Origin: Chrysomallon squamiferum
Lineage: Eukaryota; Animalia; Mollusca
NCBI GenBank assembly: GCA_012295275.1
Contig: CM022677.1
Location: forward strand, 14,942,001-15,006,000
Reading direction: 5' to 3'
DNA length: 64,000 nt
Below the pieces are notes generated by a model, which saw nothing but the letters and a program-made list of their open reading frames with translations, did no database searches and was not told the DNA's origin. Positions 32,882 through 48,277 of this stretch are shown here, one piece after another (position 1 is the stretch's first letter; each line of letters opens with the position of its first letter). The position numbers were made by a program, and so were the translations under genes.

Positions 32882-33771
32882 CAGTGTAAAATATTCTTCT
32901 AATATTTCTTCTTGTTTTCTGTCAGACCACGGACCTGTGTTCATTTATTAATATTTATCTTAATTATTTATGCTGATGAAATATTATGTTACGATATTAT
33001 ATATACATTTATACAAATGTATTTTGTTTATAATATATACATTTACACATAATTAAACTGTTATGTTGTATAAATTTATAGATAATTACTTTGTTATGTG
33101 ATGACATGTTTAGTCAAGTTGTACAATATGTAATATGTAATATTGCTTCGTTATTATTATTGTTATGTTACGTTATGTTATGTTACTGTATATATAATAT
33201 TGCTATTATTTATTCTTAGCTACGTCAAAATATGTGAGCTGATTTTCCATTTATAGTAAATAGTTTATTTTTAAAATATGTCATAACGTGCTACTTTATG
33301 CTGTTATGTTAAATCCTATTGCGTATTGTTGTTACGCTATACCGTTATTTAATTATAATCACTATCATTATTGTTGTTTGTTGTTGTCGTTATTATTGTT
33401 GTTGTTGATGTTGTTATTGTTATTATTGTTCCTGCCGTTCATCTTGTTATTGTCATTGTTGTTTTTGTTGTTATTATTATTATTAACAATGATACGAGCA
33501 TTTCATGTTAAACATCGATTAAATATTCACCAGGCTGTATTTTGAAAAATGTCTGCTTTTAACATAATCATCATATACAAGAAACCTCAATAAATAAAAC
33601 TTAAATAAAATTAAAATTTTTAGATTATCTCCTCCAGCCTTATAAATACTTCAGATGACTTGAAGTACAACGAATAAATTAATTTTAAATAAATAAAAAC
33701 TTACCTAGTCTTTCTGCACCTGTAACCTGATTGTAGATCGTTAACATAATCACTGCTGTTACTAAATTCAT
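32882..33771 (-). pseudogene. 5' fragment: intact signal-peptide exon 1 plus truncated exon 2; could supply exon 1 to copy C
   Basis: Exon 1 33771-33705 (MNLVTAVIMLTIYNQVTGAERL, donor GTAAGT). Exon 2 starts at 32934 (GPWSDRKQEEILEEYFTL) and homology breaks off at ~32882. Confidence 0.8.
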
Positions 33772-35525
33772 TATTTATTTTTGTTTTCTTGTGTTTACTT
33801 TAACATACGAAAATTCTTACGCAAGACAATATAAAAGCGAGTTTTGCTAAAACCAACAAGGAAGTAGATATTAATAGAAAGAGGAAAACAGGTCACGAAT
33901 CTCTCTACTTAGATTACTGAATGCATTGTTTGTATATTTATGTTCGTATAATTATAAGTGATGCGTCCGTTGTATGGGTTTATTTCAACGATAAGTTACT
34001 TTATTAACAATATTTGTGTGTTTTGACATGACACCATCTTTTTTGTACATACACAGATTCATACATGAATACGTACATACATACATACATACATACACAC
34101 ATAAAGACAGACATACATACACACGTACACATGATGCATATATATATATACAAATATGTATATACTTTTCTTCACACATACGTACAGACAAATAAATATA
34201 CATGCATATATAATGCAAACATACATAAATACATACATGGATCTATCCATACAAATACGTGCATGCAAATAAATACATACATCCTTGAAAACATACATCT
34301 AGACACACCCACATACAAACACACAAAATATAAATACATTCATTTTCACACACACATTTCAAGCTAATTTTCAGGATGACCACGTAAGATTACAGAGAGT
34401 ACAGACAATATTAGATTAAAAACCAGTGTCTACTTCAGTTCTTTGCAAAGCTCATAAATACGAGAAATTTTGAATATTTGTGGATTTGAAGATATAGCAA
34501 GTGTTTTATTTCTATAAAAAAAGTAAAAAATAATAATAATAGAAAAACTGACCTGTCACACTTGTTTAAAAACAAATATAGTAATAAATCTGTAAATTTG
34601 GTAGCTCATAAAAAATATCATTTTATCAACTAAAATGCGATGTTTGGAGATATAACCAACATAAACAATGGAAAGCAATTGTTTTGTTATAGAATGATTT
34701 TGAAACATAAAAATCTGGGTGGAGTATTACCTGGGACAGAGATTACACAAGTAGTATATCTCAGTTTTATAACACTCAGTCATACACAGAATGTTAATAC
34801 TAATTAAACAAACAGCTATAATTAATTTAGATCATCTTCACAGTTGGCTAAGTTCTACCTGTAATGTAGTTAATGTATTTTTAGAATTCTTTGTCGTGCA
34901 GATAAATAAAAATAATATTTGTCTGCAGATAAATTCTTTAAATTGATTCAGTTTCAAATTCTGTTTGCCTGTTCTGTGATTTTCATTTGAAGATTGTTTA
35001 TAACAAAATGAAGTCGCTTGTGTTGTTTATGTTTAGTGATGACAGTCACTGTCCAAACAACAGAATTACTTGTTTCATTTTGTTAAGGTAGAAACTTTGA
35101 AGTTGACGAATGTCAGGTCTCCCAGGTAGTAATGAGATAACAACGTGTATTGTCACATTTTTGTTCTCACCACGTTTTAGTACTACTCGCTATAAACAAG
35201 AAAAGAAAAAAAAAAGTCTAAAGTGAAGCCGATTGAACTGGACTATAGAAACCACGAGTAAACATGTTCAGCGCGATTTGTCCATCTGCGCAATCTTAAC
35301 ACTGCGCAATATTAGATCAAGTGATGCAAGGCATCTCCTGCGCATTTTTCCGATTCTGCGCTATTTTGTGATGCGTACTTGGCACGTACAATTAATGTAC
35401 TAGATCGAACTATGGGACCAGCTGTAAACATCAGTTCAAAAGCGTGTAGACTGATAAAAATAATAATATAATAATATTTATATATATATATATATATATA
35501 TGTTTTAAATTCGCCTTCTCAATTT

Positions 35526-35822
35526 ACACTGGAACGTCGGTTTCGAACATAATTCGTTCCAGAAGTCGGTTGTTAAACGGAATTGTACGTAAACCGAAGA
35601 GATGTCAGACACACGAATGTCACTTTCATGTTTTGCAGTTATTTATTTCTTAACCTGTACTTGACACGTTTGTACTTTCCACCAGCATTGTCTCTTTCAC
35701 TTTTTGTTTACTTGGGCGCCGCATTGGATAGGGTATAATAAAAGATATAAAATAAGCAGCAACACTCTAAAAAATGTGAGCACGCAATCTGAATGCAAAA
35801 GCCATTGAGCTGCACCTGCGTA
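35526..35822. mobile_element. Left portion of the same pogo/Tigger-like element, remainder deleted
   Basis: Matches 5580-5875, then jumps to the equivalent of 6511. The junction has GTATC microhomology. Confidence 0.6.
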
Positions 35823-36424
35823 TCTGTGAAACTGTTTGTATTTAATTTGTAGGCTATATTTTTTTGTATTAGTTTAATTACGTCAAATTCACGAGGGTCT
35901 GTGTCAGAAATAAAAGTAAAATTTACCAGTTCAATCTGTCCCTGTATATTTTATTTAATAATTATATGCTGCCACTAGTGAAGCGGTTATGGCCCGCGAA
36001 GTCGACAACTTGTATAAATCATCTCAAAATTGTGTCAACTTAGCGGGACAAGCTGAAATGTACCAGTGAGGATCTGTCGACGTCCCGTTACTCATTAATT
36101 GTGTTTTACTGGGTGACGCTGTGCGCAGTCAAAACGTAACAACGAGGTGATACTTACTATACGGCAGCTACTACTACTACCACTACAACTATAACTACAA
36201 TTCAGCTCAGTTTATTTATTTGGCAAAATCAGGATGTCTATAAACACAAAACAGACAAGAATACAGTTATAAAACAGAAACAGTTGTGTAATAGGTTACA
36301 GTATACAGATACAGGAAAACAAAGCAAACTAAAAAAATTAAACGTTAGGATAATAAAAATATAAGCATATATGTGTGATCACGTTGTAATTATTATTATT
36401 ATCATCATCAAGAAATAAACTTAC

Positions 36425-36500
36425 CGTTAAGTCCACAGTAAAATCACAACTACGACAACCAATACTACTACGACAGCACCTACACCACCACCAGCAAGTG
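36425..36500 (-). pseudogene. Orphan TM exon (C-type) with a nonsense codon
   Basis: TTTTGTAG|..LAGGGVGAVVVVLVVVVVILLWT*(TAA for AAA)CG|GTAAGT. It is 76 nt like the other TM exons and sits next to (CT)n, as in copy C. Confidence 0.8.
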
Positions 36501-36533
36501 CTACAAAATTATAGAAATTATTTGAAATAAAAA

Positions 36534-36613
<80 letters not shown>

Positions 36614-36897
36614 GAAACAATGAGAACACTTTTTATAAATAGATGTTTGTAAACAAACGTAATTATCTCCCTTGTCCTGAATACGTCTTGGTAGCAAACT
36701 ATAAAAGTATATTATTGTTTAAGAAACTAAATCATAACCATTTGGTTAAATAAAATAAATAAATAAAATAATAAAAATAAATAAATAAGATGTACATTGT
36801 GCAAAAAAGATTGTGAAAACCAAAAGTTCATTTCAACGTAGCGATTGTTTGGTAATAATAATAATAAGAAGAAGAAGAAGAAGAAGAATAAGAATAA

Positions 36898-36936
<39 letters not shown>

Positions 36937-37174
36937 AAACGAATGGATTTGAATATATAAATATCGCTAAATCGGTTTATAGTTAGAACTTTAATAAAAT
37001 CTAAATATTTACTTTAATTTCAAATTATAATCACTTGAACTAAACATCATTTTAATAAAATGAAAATACAAAATTTTGCAAAGTAATCTGAGAATTATCT
37101 ATAGCAAAACAAAATCATAAATAATATTTTAAAATAATTATAATTTTTACTCTCTTAAAAGAAACAAATTTTAC

Positions 37175-37256
37175 GCCACGTAAACCAATGACGTAACATT
37201 CGGTAATTTCCGTATTTCTGGCGGGTATAAATATGACGTCAACAATTGAACTCAGT
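37175..37256 (+). promoter_or_regulatory. Compact Pol II core promoter candidate
   Basis: CCACGT 37176-37181, CCAAT 37185-37189, TGACGT 37189-37194, GGTAATTTCC 37202-37211, TATAAATA 37226-37233, TGACGTCA 37234-37241, initiator TCAGT 37252-37256 at canonical spacing from the TATA box. Confidence 0.5.
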
Positions 37257-37560
37257 GTGACTCGATCGCTTGCTTGGAGAAAGACATCGTTCTGAAGGTG
37301 AATGTGATTGTTAATTCTGTTTTTAATTTTTAGACTAATATTTCTGTGTTTAGCAGTTCTTGGATTACCAAGTCAGTGTATTTACTAATTCTTGGATTAT
37401 TAAGTATTGGATTATTTACTCTGTTGTTACTAATTCTGCTGGATATTGTCCGTGAGTACAAAAAGCTAATTCTGTTTTGTTTTGTGTTGTGTTTCAGAGA
37501 CTCGATCTAAATGCTGATTCAGCATACTAGAAATAAACTGTGGTTCTTGATCGGAAATCA
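37254..37560 (+). other. Candidate short spliced transcript (ncRNA or 24-aa micropeptide)
   Basis: Exon 1 ends AAG|GTGAAT at 37297. Branch-like GCTAAT at 37465, acceptor GTTTCAG ending 37497, ATG at 37511, AATAAA at ~37533. Confidence 0.3.
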
Positions 37561-37789
37561 ATTTTCAAAATTGGTATTTTTATAATATCAAATTTGGCAT
37601 ACTCCGATCTATGTTACTTTGGCGAACCGTCTAAATTTGCGTCTAAATCATAGTATAACCTTTTATTATTATCATTTTTCTATCTTTTTGTTTTGATGAC
37701 GCTTCTAAATTTAGTAACAATTATTATGATAGTTACTTAGTAAACAGTATACGACACAACGCAAATTATCATTTATGTTTAGATATTAT

Positions 37790-40700
37790 AGATAAACACA
37801 CAAACACATACAGACACACATATATAGAGCACACACAGATATAGATTCATACACGCCTACATATAAGTATATATACATATGTCGACTGTACAAATCTACA
37901 GATATCAAGACATACACATATAGATAGATAAAAAGCCACGCATAACTATAGACACACACATACATACACATACACTGGTACATGGGTGTAGATAAAGATA
38001 GAAATAGGTACACATTGATAAACAACTACAGACAATAGACTCTCTTTGAAAAAACCTACACATAATGATAGAAACAGATATAGATTGATAAACACTTACA
38101 GATAGCAATATAGAAGGTACAGATTGAGATATATGTATAGAAAGCGAAGACACACATATAGAAAGATACACACCTATAGGTAACGATAGATACACAATAT
38201 GGATTAGGAGACAGCTGCAGATAACGAAGACCCATAATGATAAATACATTTATAGATTAAGACACACTTGTAGATAATGATAGATACAGACATATACTGA
38301 TACAGTTACAGATAACCATAGATTCACATATAATTGATACACTCCCGCAGATAAAGACAGATACACATATATATTAATAAACACCTGTATATATAAGATA
38401 GATATAGATATAGACCGATACACTCCTATGGATAATGATAGTATTCACACCTACAGGTAACAGTATATAGAAATTAGATTAAGATATATATGTAGAGTTA
38501 AACCTACCTTTAGATAACAATAGATGCAGATATAGATTGACACACACCTAAATATAACGATAGATACAGATACAGATTAAAACATATCTAAAATTAACGA
38601 TATATATATGTATATATTAATAAACACCTAAAGATAAAAATACATACAGATATAGATAAATACACACTTACATGTAATGATAAATACATATATAGATTAA
38701 CACACACCTAGATACAGATATAGAAAAAGATAATGACAGATACAGATAAAGATCAGTACACACCTAACGAAAGCGATAGATACAAATATAGAAAAAGAAA
38801 ATAATAGATAGAGATACAGAAAACGACAGATACAGGTATAGATCAAAACGCAACCAAAGATAAACGATACATTCAGAGATAGATTAATTCACACCTATAG
38901 CTGCCAGCAGAAACAGATACAGATTAACAGACACATACAGATAAATATATATAGAGATATCGATAATACACACGTAATGATAACGATAGACAGAAATAAA
39001 GATTAATACACCTCTATAGGTCACGATAGATACAGGTATAGATCAATACACACATAACGATAACTATAGACACAGTGATAGACTAATACACACCAGTAAC
39101 TAACACAGACAGAAACAGATATAGATTAACACAGACCTGTAGATGACGATATATACAGGTATAGATTAATACACACTTATGGATAAAGATACATACAGAT
39201 ATAGATAACAGACATCTATAGATAACGAGTGAAACAGATATAGATTAATAAAAACCTATAGATAATGAGATATACTAATATAGATTAATACACACCTACA
39301 GATAACGTCATGTACAGATATAGATTAATAAACACCTACAGATAACCAGATAAAGATTAACACCTATATAGATCACGATTGCTACACGTACAGACTAATA
39401 CTCTCCACATAGACAACGATAGAAACAGAAATAGATCAATACACACCTAAAGATAACAAGAGATACAGATATAGAGTAATATACACCTAAAGATAAAGAT
39501 ACATACAGATATAAATTAATACACACCTAAAGATAAAGATATATACAGATATAAATTAATACATACCTGAAGATAAAAAGGGATACAGATATAGATAAAG
39601 ATAAAAAAAAGAGATTTAGATAAAGACAACAATAGATACAGTTATAGATTAATACACACCTATAGTAACAATAGATAGAGATTTCGCACTAATACAAAGG
39701 TATATATCACGACTAAAACATATATAGATTAATAGACGCCTCTGGAAAACGATAGATATAGATATAGATATAGATTAATACACACCTATAGATAACGATA
39801 GAAACATACCTGCTTTAATATACAGATACAGATAACGATACATGCAGATATAGATTAATAACTATCTATATATAACGATAGATGCAGATACAGATTAGTA
39901 CACACCTAACGATAACTGTAGAAGTAGATATAGACTAATAGACACCAATATATAACGATAGATATCTGGAAAATGATAGATACAGACATAAATTAATACA
40001 CACCTACAGATAAGGATGCATACAGTTATAGATTAAAACACACCTAAAGATAAAGATAGATTCAGATATGCATTAATACACACCTAAAATAATGCTAGAT
40101 ACAAATATGACTAATACACACCTAAAGATAAAGAAAGATACAGATACAGATAAAGATAACATGAGATTAATACGCACCTGTAGAGAAGGAGAAACGCAAA
40201 TACATACTAATGCACATGAAACGATAAATAAAGATAGAGATATAGATTAATACACATCAATGACAGAAACAGATATAGATTGATGAACACTTACACATAA
40301 TGATATATGTAGATATAGATGGATACACACTCACATATAATGATAGATACAGATGTAGATTGATACACACTTACATATAATGATAGGAACAGATGTAGAT
40401 TGATACACACTTACATATAATGATAGATACAGATGTAGATTGATACACACTTACATATAATGATAGATACAGATGTAGATTCATACACACTTACATATAA
40501 TGATAGATACAGATGTAGATTGATGCACACTTACATATAATGATAGGAACAGATGTAGATTGATACACACTTACATATAATGATAGATACAGATGTAGAT
40601 TGATACACACTTACATATAATGATAGATACAGATGTAGATTGATGCACACTTACACATAATGATAGATACATATGTAGATTGATATACACTTACATATAA

Positions 40701-41775
40701 TGATAGATGCAGATGTAGATTGATACACACTTACATATAATGATAGATACAGATGTAGATTGATGCACACTTACACATAATGATAGATGCAGATGTAGAT
40801 TGATACCACTTACATATAATGATAGATACAGATGTTGATTAATATACACTTACATATAATGATAGATGCAGATGTAGATTGATACACACTTACATATAAT
40901 GATAGATACAGATATAGATTGATACCACTTACATATAATGATAGATACAGATATAGATTGATACACACTTACATATAATGATAGATACAGATGTAGATTG
41001 ATACCACTTACATATAATGATAGATACAGATATAGATTGATGCACACTTACATATAATGATAGATACAGATATAGATTGATACACACTTACATATAATGA
41101 TAGATACAGATATAGATTGATGCACACTTACATATAATGATAGATACAGATGTAGATTGATACACACTTACATATAATGATAGATACAGATATAGATTGA
41201 TGCACACTTACATATAATGATAGATACAGATATAGATTGATACACACTTACATATAATGATAGATACAGATATAGATTGATGCACACTTACATATAATGA
41301 TAGATACAGATATAGATTGATGCACACTTACATATAATGATAGCTGCAGATATAGATTAATACACATCTAAAGACAACGATAGATATTTTAGATTAATCC
41401 ACAACTATAGATAACAACAGAGATAGATATAGATGATGCACACCTACAAATAATGATAGATAAGATATGGATTTATAAACAGGTACAGATATTCAGACAG
41501 AGACTGATAAACACATACACATAATGATAGATACAGATACAGGTTGATACGTACGTACAGATAACGGATTAATACATACTTAGAGATAAAGACTGATACA
41601 CACTTAGAGATAAAGATGAAGACTGATATAGATTGATACATACCCAAAGATCACGATAGATACAGATATAGATTAATATACACCTTCAGATAACGAAGAA
41701 ACATGTACAGATTGAGACAGATCCTCAGATAATGATAAACACAGGCATAGACTGATAAACAGGTACAAAAAACGG

Positions 41776-41832
<57 letters not shown>

Positions 41833-42000
41833 AAAAACTGATACATATTAAGAGATAAAAATAGATATAGTTTGATGCACACCTACATATAAAAATAGAT
41901 ACAGATGTAGATAAACACACATGTAACGAAGACACATATTTTGATTCAGAGCTACATATAAGGATAACCATATAGAGAGATTTATAAATTAGATATAGAT
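37790..42000. repeat. ~4-kb satellite of a 40-bp unit, with a homogeneous core at ~40270-41350
   Basis: Unit TGATAGATACAGATGTAGATTGATACACACTTACATATAA, roughly 25 near-perfect copies (some 39 bp), fading into degenerate copies on both sides. Confidence 0.92.
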
Positions 42001-42513
42001 AACTATATATACTACAGCCAGACATTGATTCACTCTTTCAGAAAGCGAGAAGTATAGTTTGTTACACACAAAGACATAACAATAGGCATATAGCTAAAAA
42101 CACGTGGATTCCTACATGTCTACATGTAACTACAGATACAAACATGGACTGATACGTACCTAGATAAATATTTTATATCAGACAAACAACTGAGAAACAA
42201 ACATGCACTGGAAGATAAATGCATACAATGTTTCTGTCACACAGTCAATAATAGCTGCCTACAGACAAAAGAGATACGCACTCACATCCATAGATACTTA
42301 CAGACATCGCCAGATACCTACAGAAAACAATGGATATAGAGCTGTATTGATAAGTGTTTACTTATAACAATATATACACAAATCTTAATACGGATATACA
42401 GCGATCTCTCTGACTCTCACTCTCTGTCTATCTCTCTGTCTCTCACTGTCTCTCACTCTCTGTCTATCTATGTCTCTCTCTGTCTTTGTCTATCTCACTA
42501 TCTCCCTCTCTGT

Positions 42514-42615
<102 letters not shown>

Positions 42616-43594
42616 TATACATATATCACTTAGTTTAATAATAAAAGAATAATAATAATACGGATTGTTATTTGCTATGTGTTGTATACTGTTTTAATTC
42701 AAAGTAAATTTTAGATGATTGCTCACCATTGTTTTAATAAATTGTACCTAAAATGCAGCGACACGGAGTCACCTGGTGAGTGATGACACCCCCACCTCGT
42801 AGTGGCTAATACGGTAATTTGTACTTGAAAATGGATTACCGGGGGACTGTTCACCATAGGTACAAAATACCAGTTTTAATTTTTATTAAATATTGTTATT
42901 TCATGGTTATTTAAAACTGTGATTTTAAAATGTACATAAATACACAAACACACACGCATACATACAGCAGATAAACATACATACATACACGAACATACAT
43001 ATATACAACACCTATATACACAGAACGAGGGGCATACATACCTATACTAATAAACACACAGTCGGATAAACACAGGTTTACATACATGTGCACTTATGCA
43101 CAGTAACACATACATACTGGTCACACATATACATGTACACGAATACAGATATACAAACTCCCACACCAACACACAGATACACACACATCCACTCATCCAA
43201 ACATCAGATTATTTTGTTTAGTGTCAAACTGTGTAAAACATGATTTAATTACAAAAACAACTGCAGCGTACAGGTAGTGCAGTAATAAGGCAGAGAAAAT
43301 AAAAATGTTGTTTGTAAAAGTATTACATGGTATTTCAGTGATTTTTCTTTTCTTCTTTTTTTTTTTTATTTTATTTTATTTTTATTTATTTATTTATTTA
43401 TTTTTTTGCTCGAAGTAATCATTCTGTGAAGAGACGGATCCAAACTACTTAAAATACTTTAATTAATAATTTTGATATTTGAAATTTATTTTCAAACACT
43501 GGTGATGCGTAAAATAGTTTTAATATCTCTGGTTATTTAACTTTATTTATATGTGGAATAAACAATGTAGAAACTGAAGTTATCTGTTATACGT

Positions 43595-43693
<99 letters not shown>

Positions 43694-44119
43694 TTTGTAT
43701 GATTACAGTCTGAAGAATTTTAACAAAATGTTTATTTATTTCTCCATTCGTTCTTTTATTCTAAACTTTGTAACATCAACAACAACTACATCACAGAAGG
43801 AAAAAGAAAAAGAAGAATACCACCAGCAACAGCAACACAGTAATGATGATGATTATCATGATGATGATTATAATCGTAATAACACAAAAATAACATCAGC
43901 AACATCAACAACAACAATAATAACTACAGTAATAGTAATAGTAGCAACAACAACAACAACAACAATAATAATAATAAGAAGAAGAAGAAGAAGAAGAAAA
44001 GTACTTTGATCATCGCAGATATCATAATTAAAACTATAAATAAAAAATAAATAAGTTAACTTAGAAAACAATAATAAATAAAAGACAGAACGAACAAGGA
44101 AACAAAAATTATAATTAAT

Positions 44120-44570
44120 TGTTCATAAACAAATGTAATTATCTCCCTTGCTCTCAACAAGGCTGGGTAGAAAATAAGGACACTATATTATTTTACACAG
44201 ATAACATATTAATCATTTTGTTAAAACAACTAAAATATAAAATAAATAATATAAAATTTGATAAATAAATAAACAGCGAATAGATGTGCATAGCACTAAA
44301 GATGCTTCATAAATATGCCTTTTATTCAAAATTATGAAAAACCCCTAAGTGCATCAAGCTCTATTCAAATGAAATGTCAGTTTCAACGTGGAGAATAAAA
44401 AAAAACACAAATAAAATACTACTACTACTACTGCTACTAGTAAATAAATAAATAAATACATTAATTAACAGCTATAATCACTTGAACGAAACATCTTTTT
44501 AGTAAACATGAAGCAGAATATGTTTACAAATTGATTTCAAGATTATAATCAAAATATAATTATAAATAAT
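44120..44570. repeat. Diverged duplicate of 36645-37130
   Basis: Shared ACAAA.GTAATTATCTCCCTTG (36651/44129), TTTCAACGT and ATAATCACTTGAAC.AAACATC (37027/44474). Confidence 0.7.
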
Positions 44571-46213
44571 AAAATAATAATAATAATAACAACTATAACG
44601 ATAATAATAAACAAATATTTAAAAACGAATTAAAAATATAAAGAAATAAAAGAGATAAAGAAAGAAAAAGAAAGAAAGAAAACCAGAAAAAATAAATTTA
44701 AGAAAAAAGAGAAAGAAAAAACAAAAAGCAAAAACTAATAACAAGTTAATGATTGTAACAATAAATTATTAAATATAATCCATGGAATTATTTTCTGTTA
44801 AAACAATTGATAGATTAATTAATTCTTATTGTTAATTTTACAGCGCCATTCCACAACATTTTAAGATCGAGGATGGAATTTTTATATTTAGCTGTTAAAG
44901 GATGTCTCTGTTACAAATAGCTTAAATGTATTTTGTATACTTCCAATATATTTTAATTACTCATGGCTGCCAAACTGTGCTAATAATAAAGTGTATCAAG
45001 AAATCAAGACAACTGTCATTTTTAAAATTATTATTGTAAAATTATCTTATATATATATATATATATAATAAAAATAATAATAATAAAAATAATTAAAACG
45101 GTCACATCACAGTAGAACTAAAAATGTTTATAAAAGCCTGTTCTATAGAGATCTTTATTATTATTATCAAAATCTGGTTCCCATAAATGAATAAAATTAT
45201 ATTTTGGAAAGATGCAAAAATAATTTTTCTATTTGTAAAATCAGCAGAAATACACTTAAAAACACAGACTTCAAGCAGACATTAGCTTCGGCTAAGTTAG
45301 CATATTTTAATTATGATTTCCCTCTGTGATGATCTGGTAAAATGATGATGCTAATGATGATGATGATGGAATAATTAAGATTTTTTTTATTATTAAAATT
45401 AATTATAGAGGTTGTTAATTTGGATATTTCAGTTGTTGATTCTCTGTATTGAAAATCTATTTCAAAAATAATAATAATAATAATAAGCCTTATACTACAA
45501 AACAAAAAAATACATTTAAATATAATGTATTTATTTATTTATTTATTTACTGGTTTATTTCATTCAACTTCTAAATTAACTGAAAACCTCAACTTTACCT
45601 TTTTAACTAAAAAAAACAATTCAATAACTGACTGACTCAGTTCTTTCAGCAATGTGTTCAACAATATATTACTCAAAATCTGTCTTGATTATTTCAGTCA
45701 CATAACTGAGTAACTTACTGAATGAGTTGGTATTACTTTAAAATCAATTTCTTGATTATCTCACTTTTATAACTAATTAACTTGATAATTTACCAAATTT
45801 CTTGATTTTACTTTAAAATTAACTCAGTTACAACTCAATAACTTTACAATTTCTTCTTTATTGCTGAGTGGTTTGAATTTTTCTGATTTCTTTAATTTTT
45901 TGAAACTCAATTTCTTCTTTATTTCAGTCTTATAACCAAGAATCTTGATAAACAGCACAATCGTTTATAATTTACAAAAACATTTTACTCAACAACCTGA
46001 TATTTTAATTTCTAAATTCAAGATCTGTTTTCAGTTATGCAATTCAGTAACTTAATACATTTTTTAACAATATTTCACTAAGATAATTTAACTGAGACTC
46101 AGCAACTTAATATACTTGATACATTTGATATTGAGCAATAAAAAGCCAGCTCAGACAAAAGATCCCAGGAAAGCTTTTTTCCACAAAATAAAAATAAAAT
46201 TAAAAACACTTAC

Positions 46214-46317
46214 TCTCTTCATCATACTCTGGTGTTTTGGGATCATCTAAATACACAGTTCAACTTGAATATTTGTGTTTTATTTCTTATTTATACAGCT
46301 GAGATACACCATGTACA

Positions 46318-46382
<65 letters not shown>

Positions 46383-46512
46383 TGTGTCTATTGTATGTGA
46401 TCTTTGATACATGCCTTTTGTGTGTGTGTGTGTGTGTGAGACACAAACATACACATCTACATTCACACACACATATAGATGTATCTCTGTCTATTGTCTG
46501 TGGATCTTTCTA

Positions 46513-46556
<44 letters not shown>

Positions 46557-46783
46557 AGAATAAGTGTTGTATTTTGTATTAAAAATTAAATACTTAATGA
46601 ATTAATTTTCCTGGATATTGTTCTTAAACTGTACTTAAAATATTAGTTCTTGTATCTGTATTTGTAAATGTTTATCTTCTTTTGTAAACCACTGTAAAAT
46701 AATTCATCTTTTTTTTTTCTTCTGTAAACAGTTATGTGTATATCCCTATTTATCTTTTATCTTTCTTTCATTTTTTCTATTTC

Positions 46784-46820
<37 letters not shown>

Positions 46821-47934
46821 ATATCTTTCTATTTATAAAACTTTGAAAACCTAATTTTGATGTAAACAATGGTTAAAATATTCAAATAAATTTATTTTAT
46901 TCAATGAATATCTCAAAAGAACTTCTGAAAAATTATTGCAGTCCATGTCCATGATAAAGAAAGGCCCCATTATACATTTATCTTTTCTGAATTTAATATT
47001 GTAACAAAAATTTCAGCTCTACCAGTGTGTTTTAAAAAAAAAAAAATTTTTTTTTTTTTTCCCTTTGAATGGTGGTGTATTTTATGTGTATAAAATGTAA
47101 ACAATTAGTGAGGCAAACATATAAATACATTTTATACACTTTCCAATCTTTTTTGATGTTTTATTTATAAACTAAAACTTCTGATATTATCTGAGTAATG
47201 GGCAAATTAACACACTCATGAAAACACGTCAAATTCATGCTTGTCAGAAAAACAAACAGTTAATTCATCAACACACTTTTTTCTTCTTTCTTGTCAGTAT
47301 CTGATCAGTCTAGTTTCACACACAGTGTCTACTGTCACACCAACAAGGGACATAACTGTAATCAAAGGGAGGTGATTCCGAGCAAAATGTGGTTATTTAA
47401 TCAACAGTGGTACAAAAGATATAGAAATTATCAAAAGGAGACGACCCAGATATTATATGAACATTATATGCAGTATGAAATGAATCCAACAAAAGGGAGA
47501 TATATATTTTGTATATATATATATATATATATCTGAATACAAAAAAAGAGTATAGATAAATTAATTTTCAAACTAAGCCATAATTTCTGTTAAATAATTC
47601 AAGAAATAAACTAAATAAAACCTGGAACACAAAACTTTCATTTTTTAACATTCCATGCATTACTTTATAAGACAAAATATTTTATACAATCAGGTAACAA
47701 GGAGAAAGTTTCATATATAGATAGATAGGTCGGTGATAGATGGAAAGATAGGCAGGTAGATATATACGGACAACAGACAGACAAACAGATAGACAATATG
47801 GTTGTCATTCTAAAAGAGGAAAAGAAGGGAAAGAAATTAAAACACTTTTGCAAAACAGTCAAATCAAACAACAGCAAAGGCAACATTCGAATTTATACAA
47901 TTTAAAACAACATTACTTTAAATAATAATAATAA

Positions 47935-47965
<31 letters not shown>

Positions 47966-48197
47966 AAGAAGAAGAAGAAGAAGAAGAAGAAGAAGAAGAA
48001 GAAGATGAAGAAGAAGAAGAAGAAGAATAACAAGAACAATAACAATTCTCTGATTTAAGAACAAAACACTCTGAATTCAATGATTTCCCTCTTTTTAACA
48101 GATTTACAATTTAAAATACACATTCATATTTTACCAGAAATAAAAAGTGACATTCTATATCCCCAAAAAAAGAAAAAGAAAACTAATACTGAACAAA

Positions 48198-48277
<80 letters not shown>

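Noticed and set aside
40270-41350. Regular 40-bp repeat array as a CRISPR
   Set aside because: The units are contiguous with no unique spacers, there are no cas genes and the context is eukaryotic.
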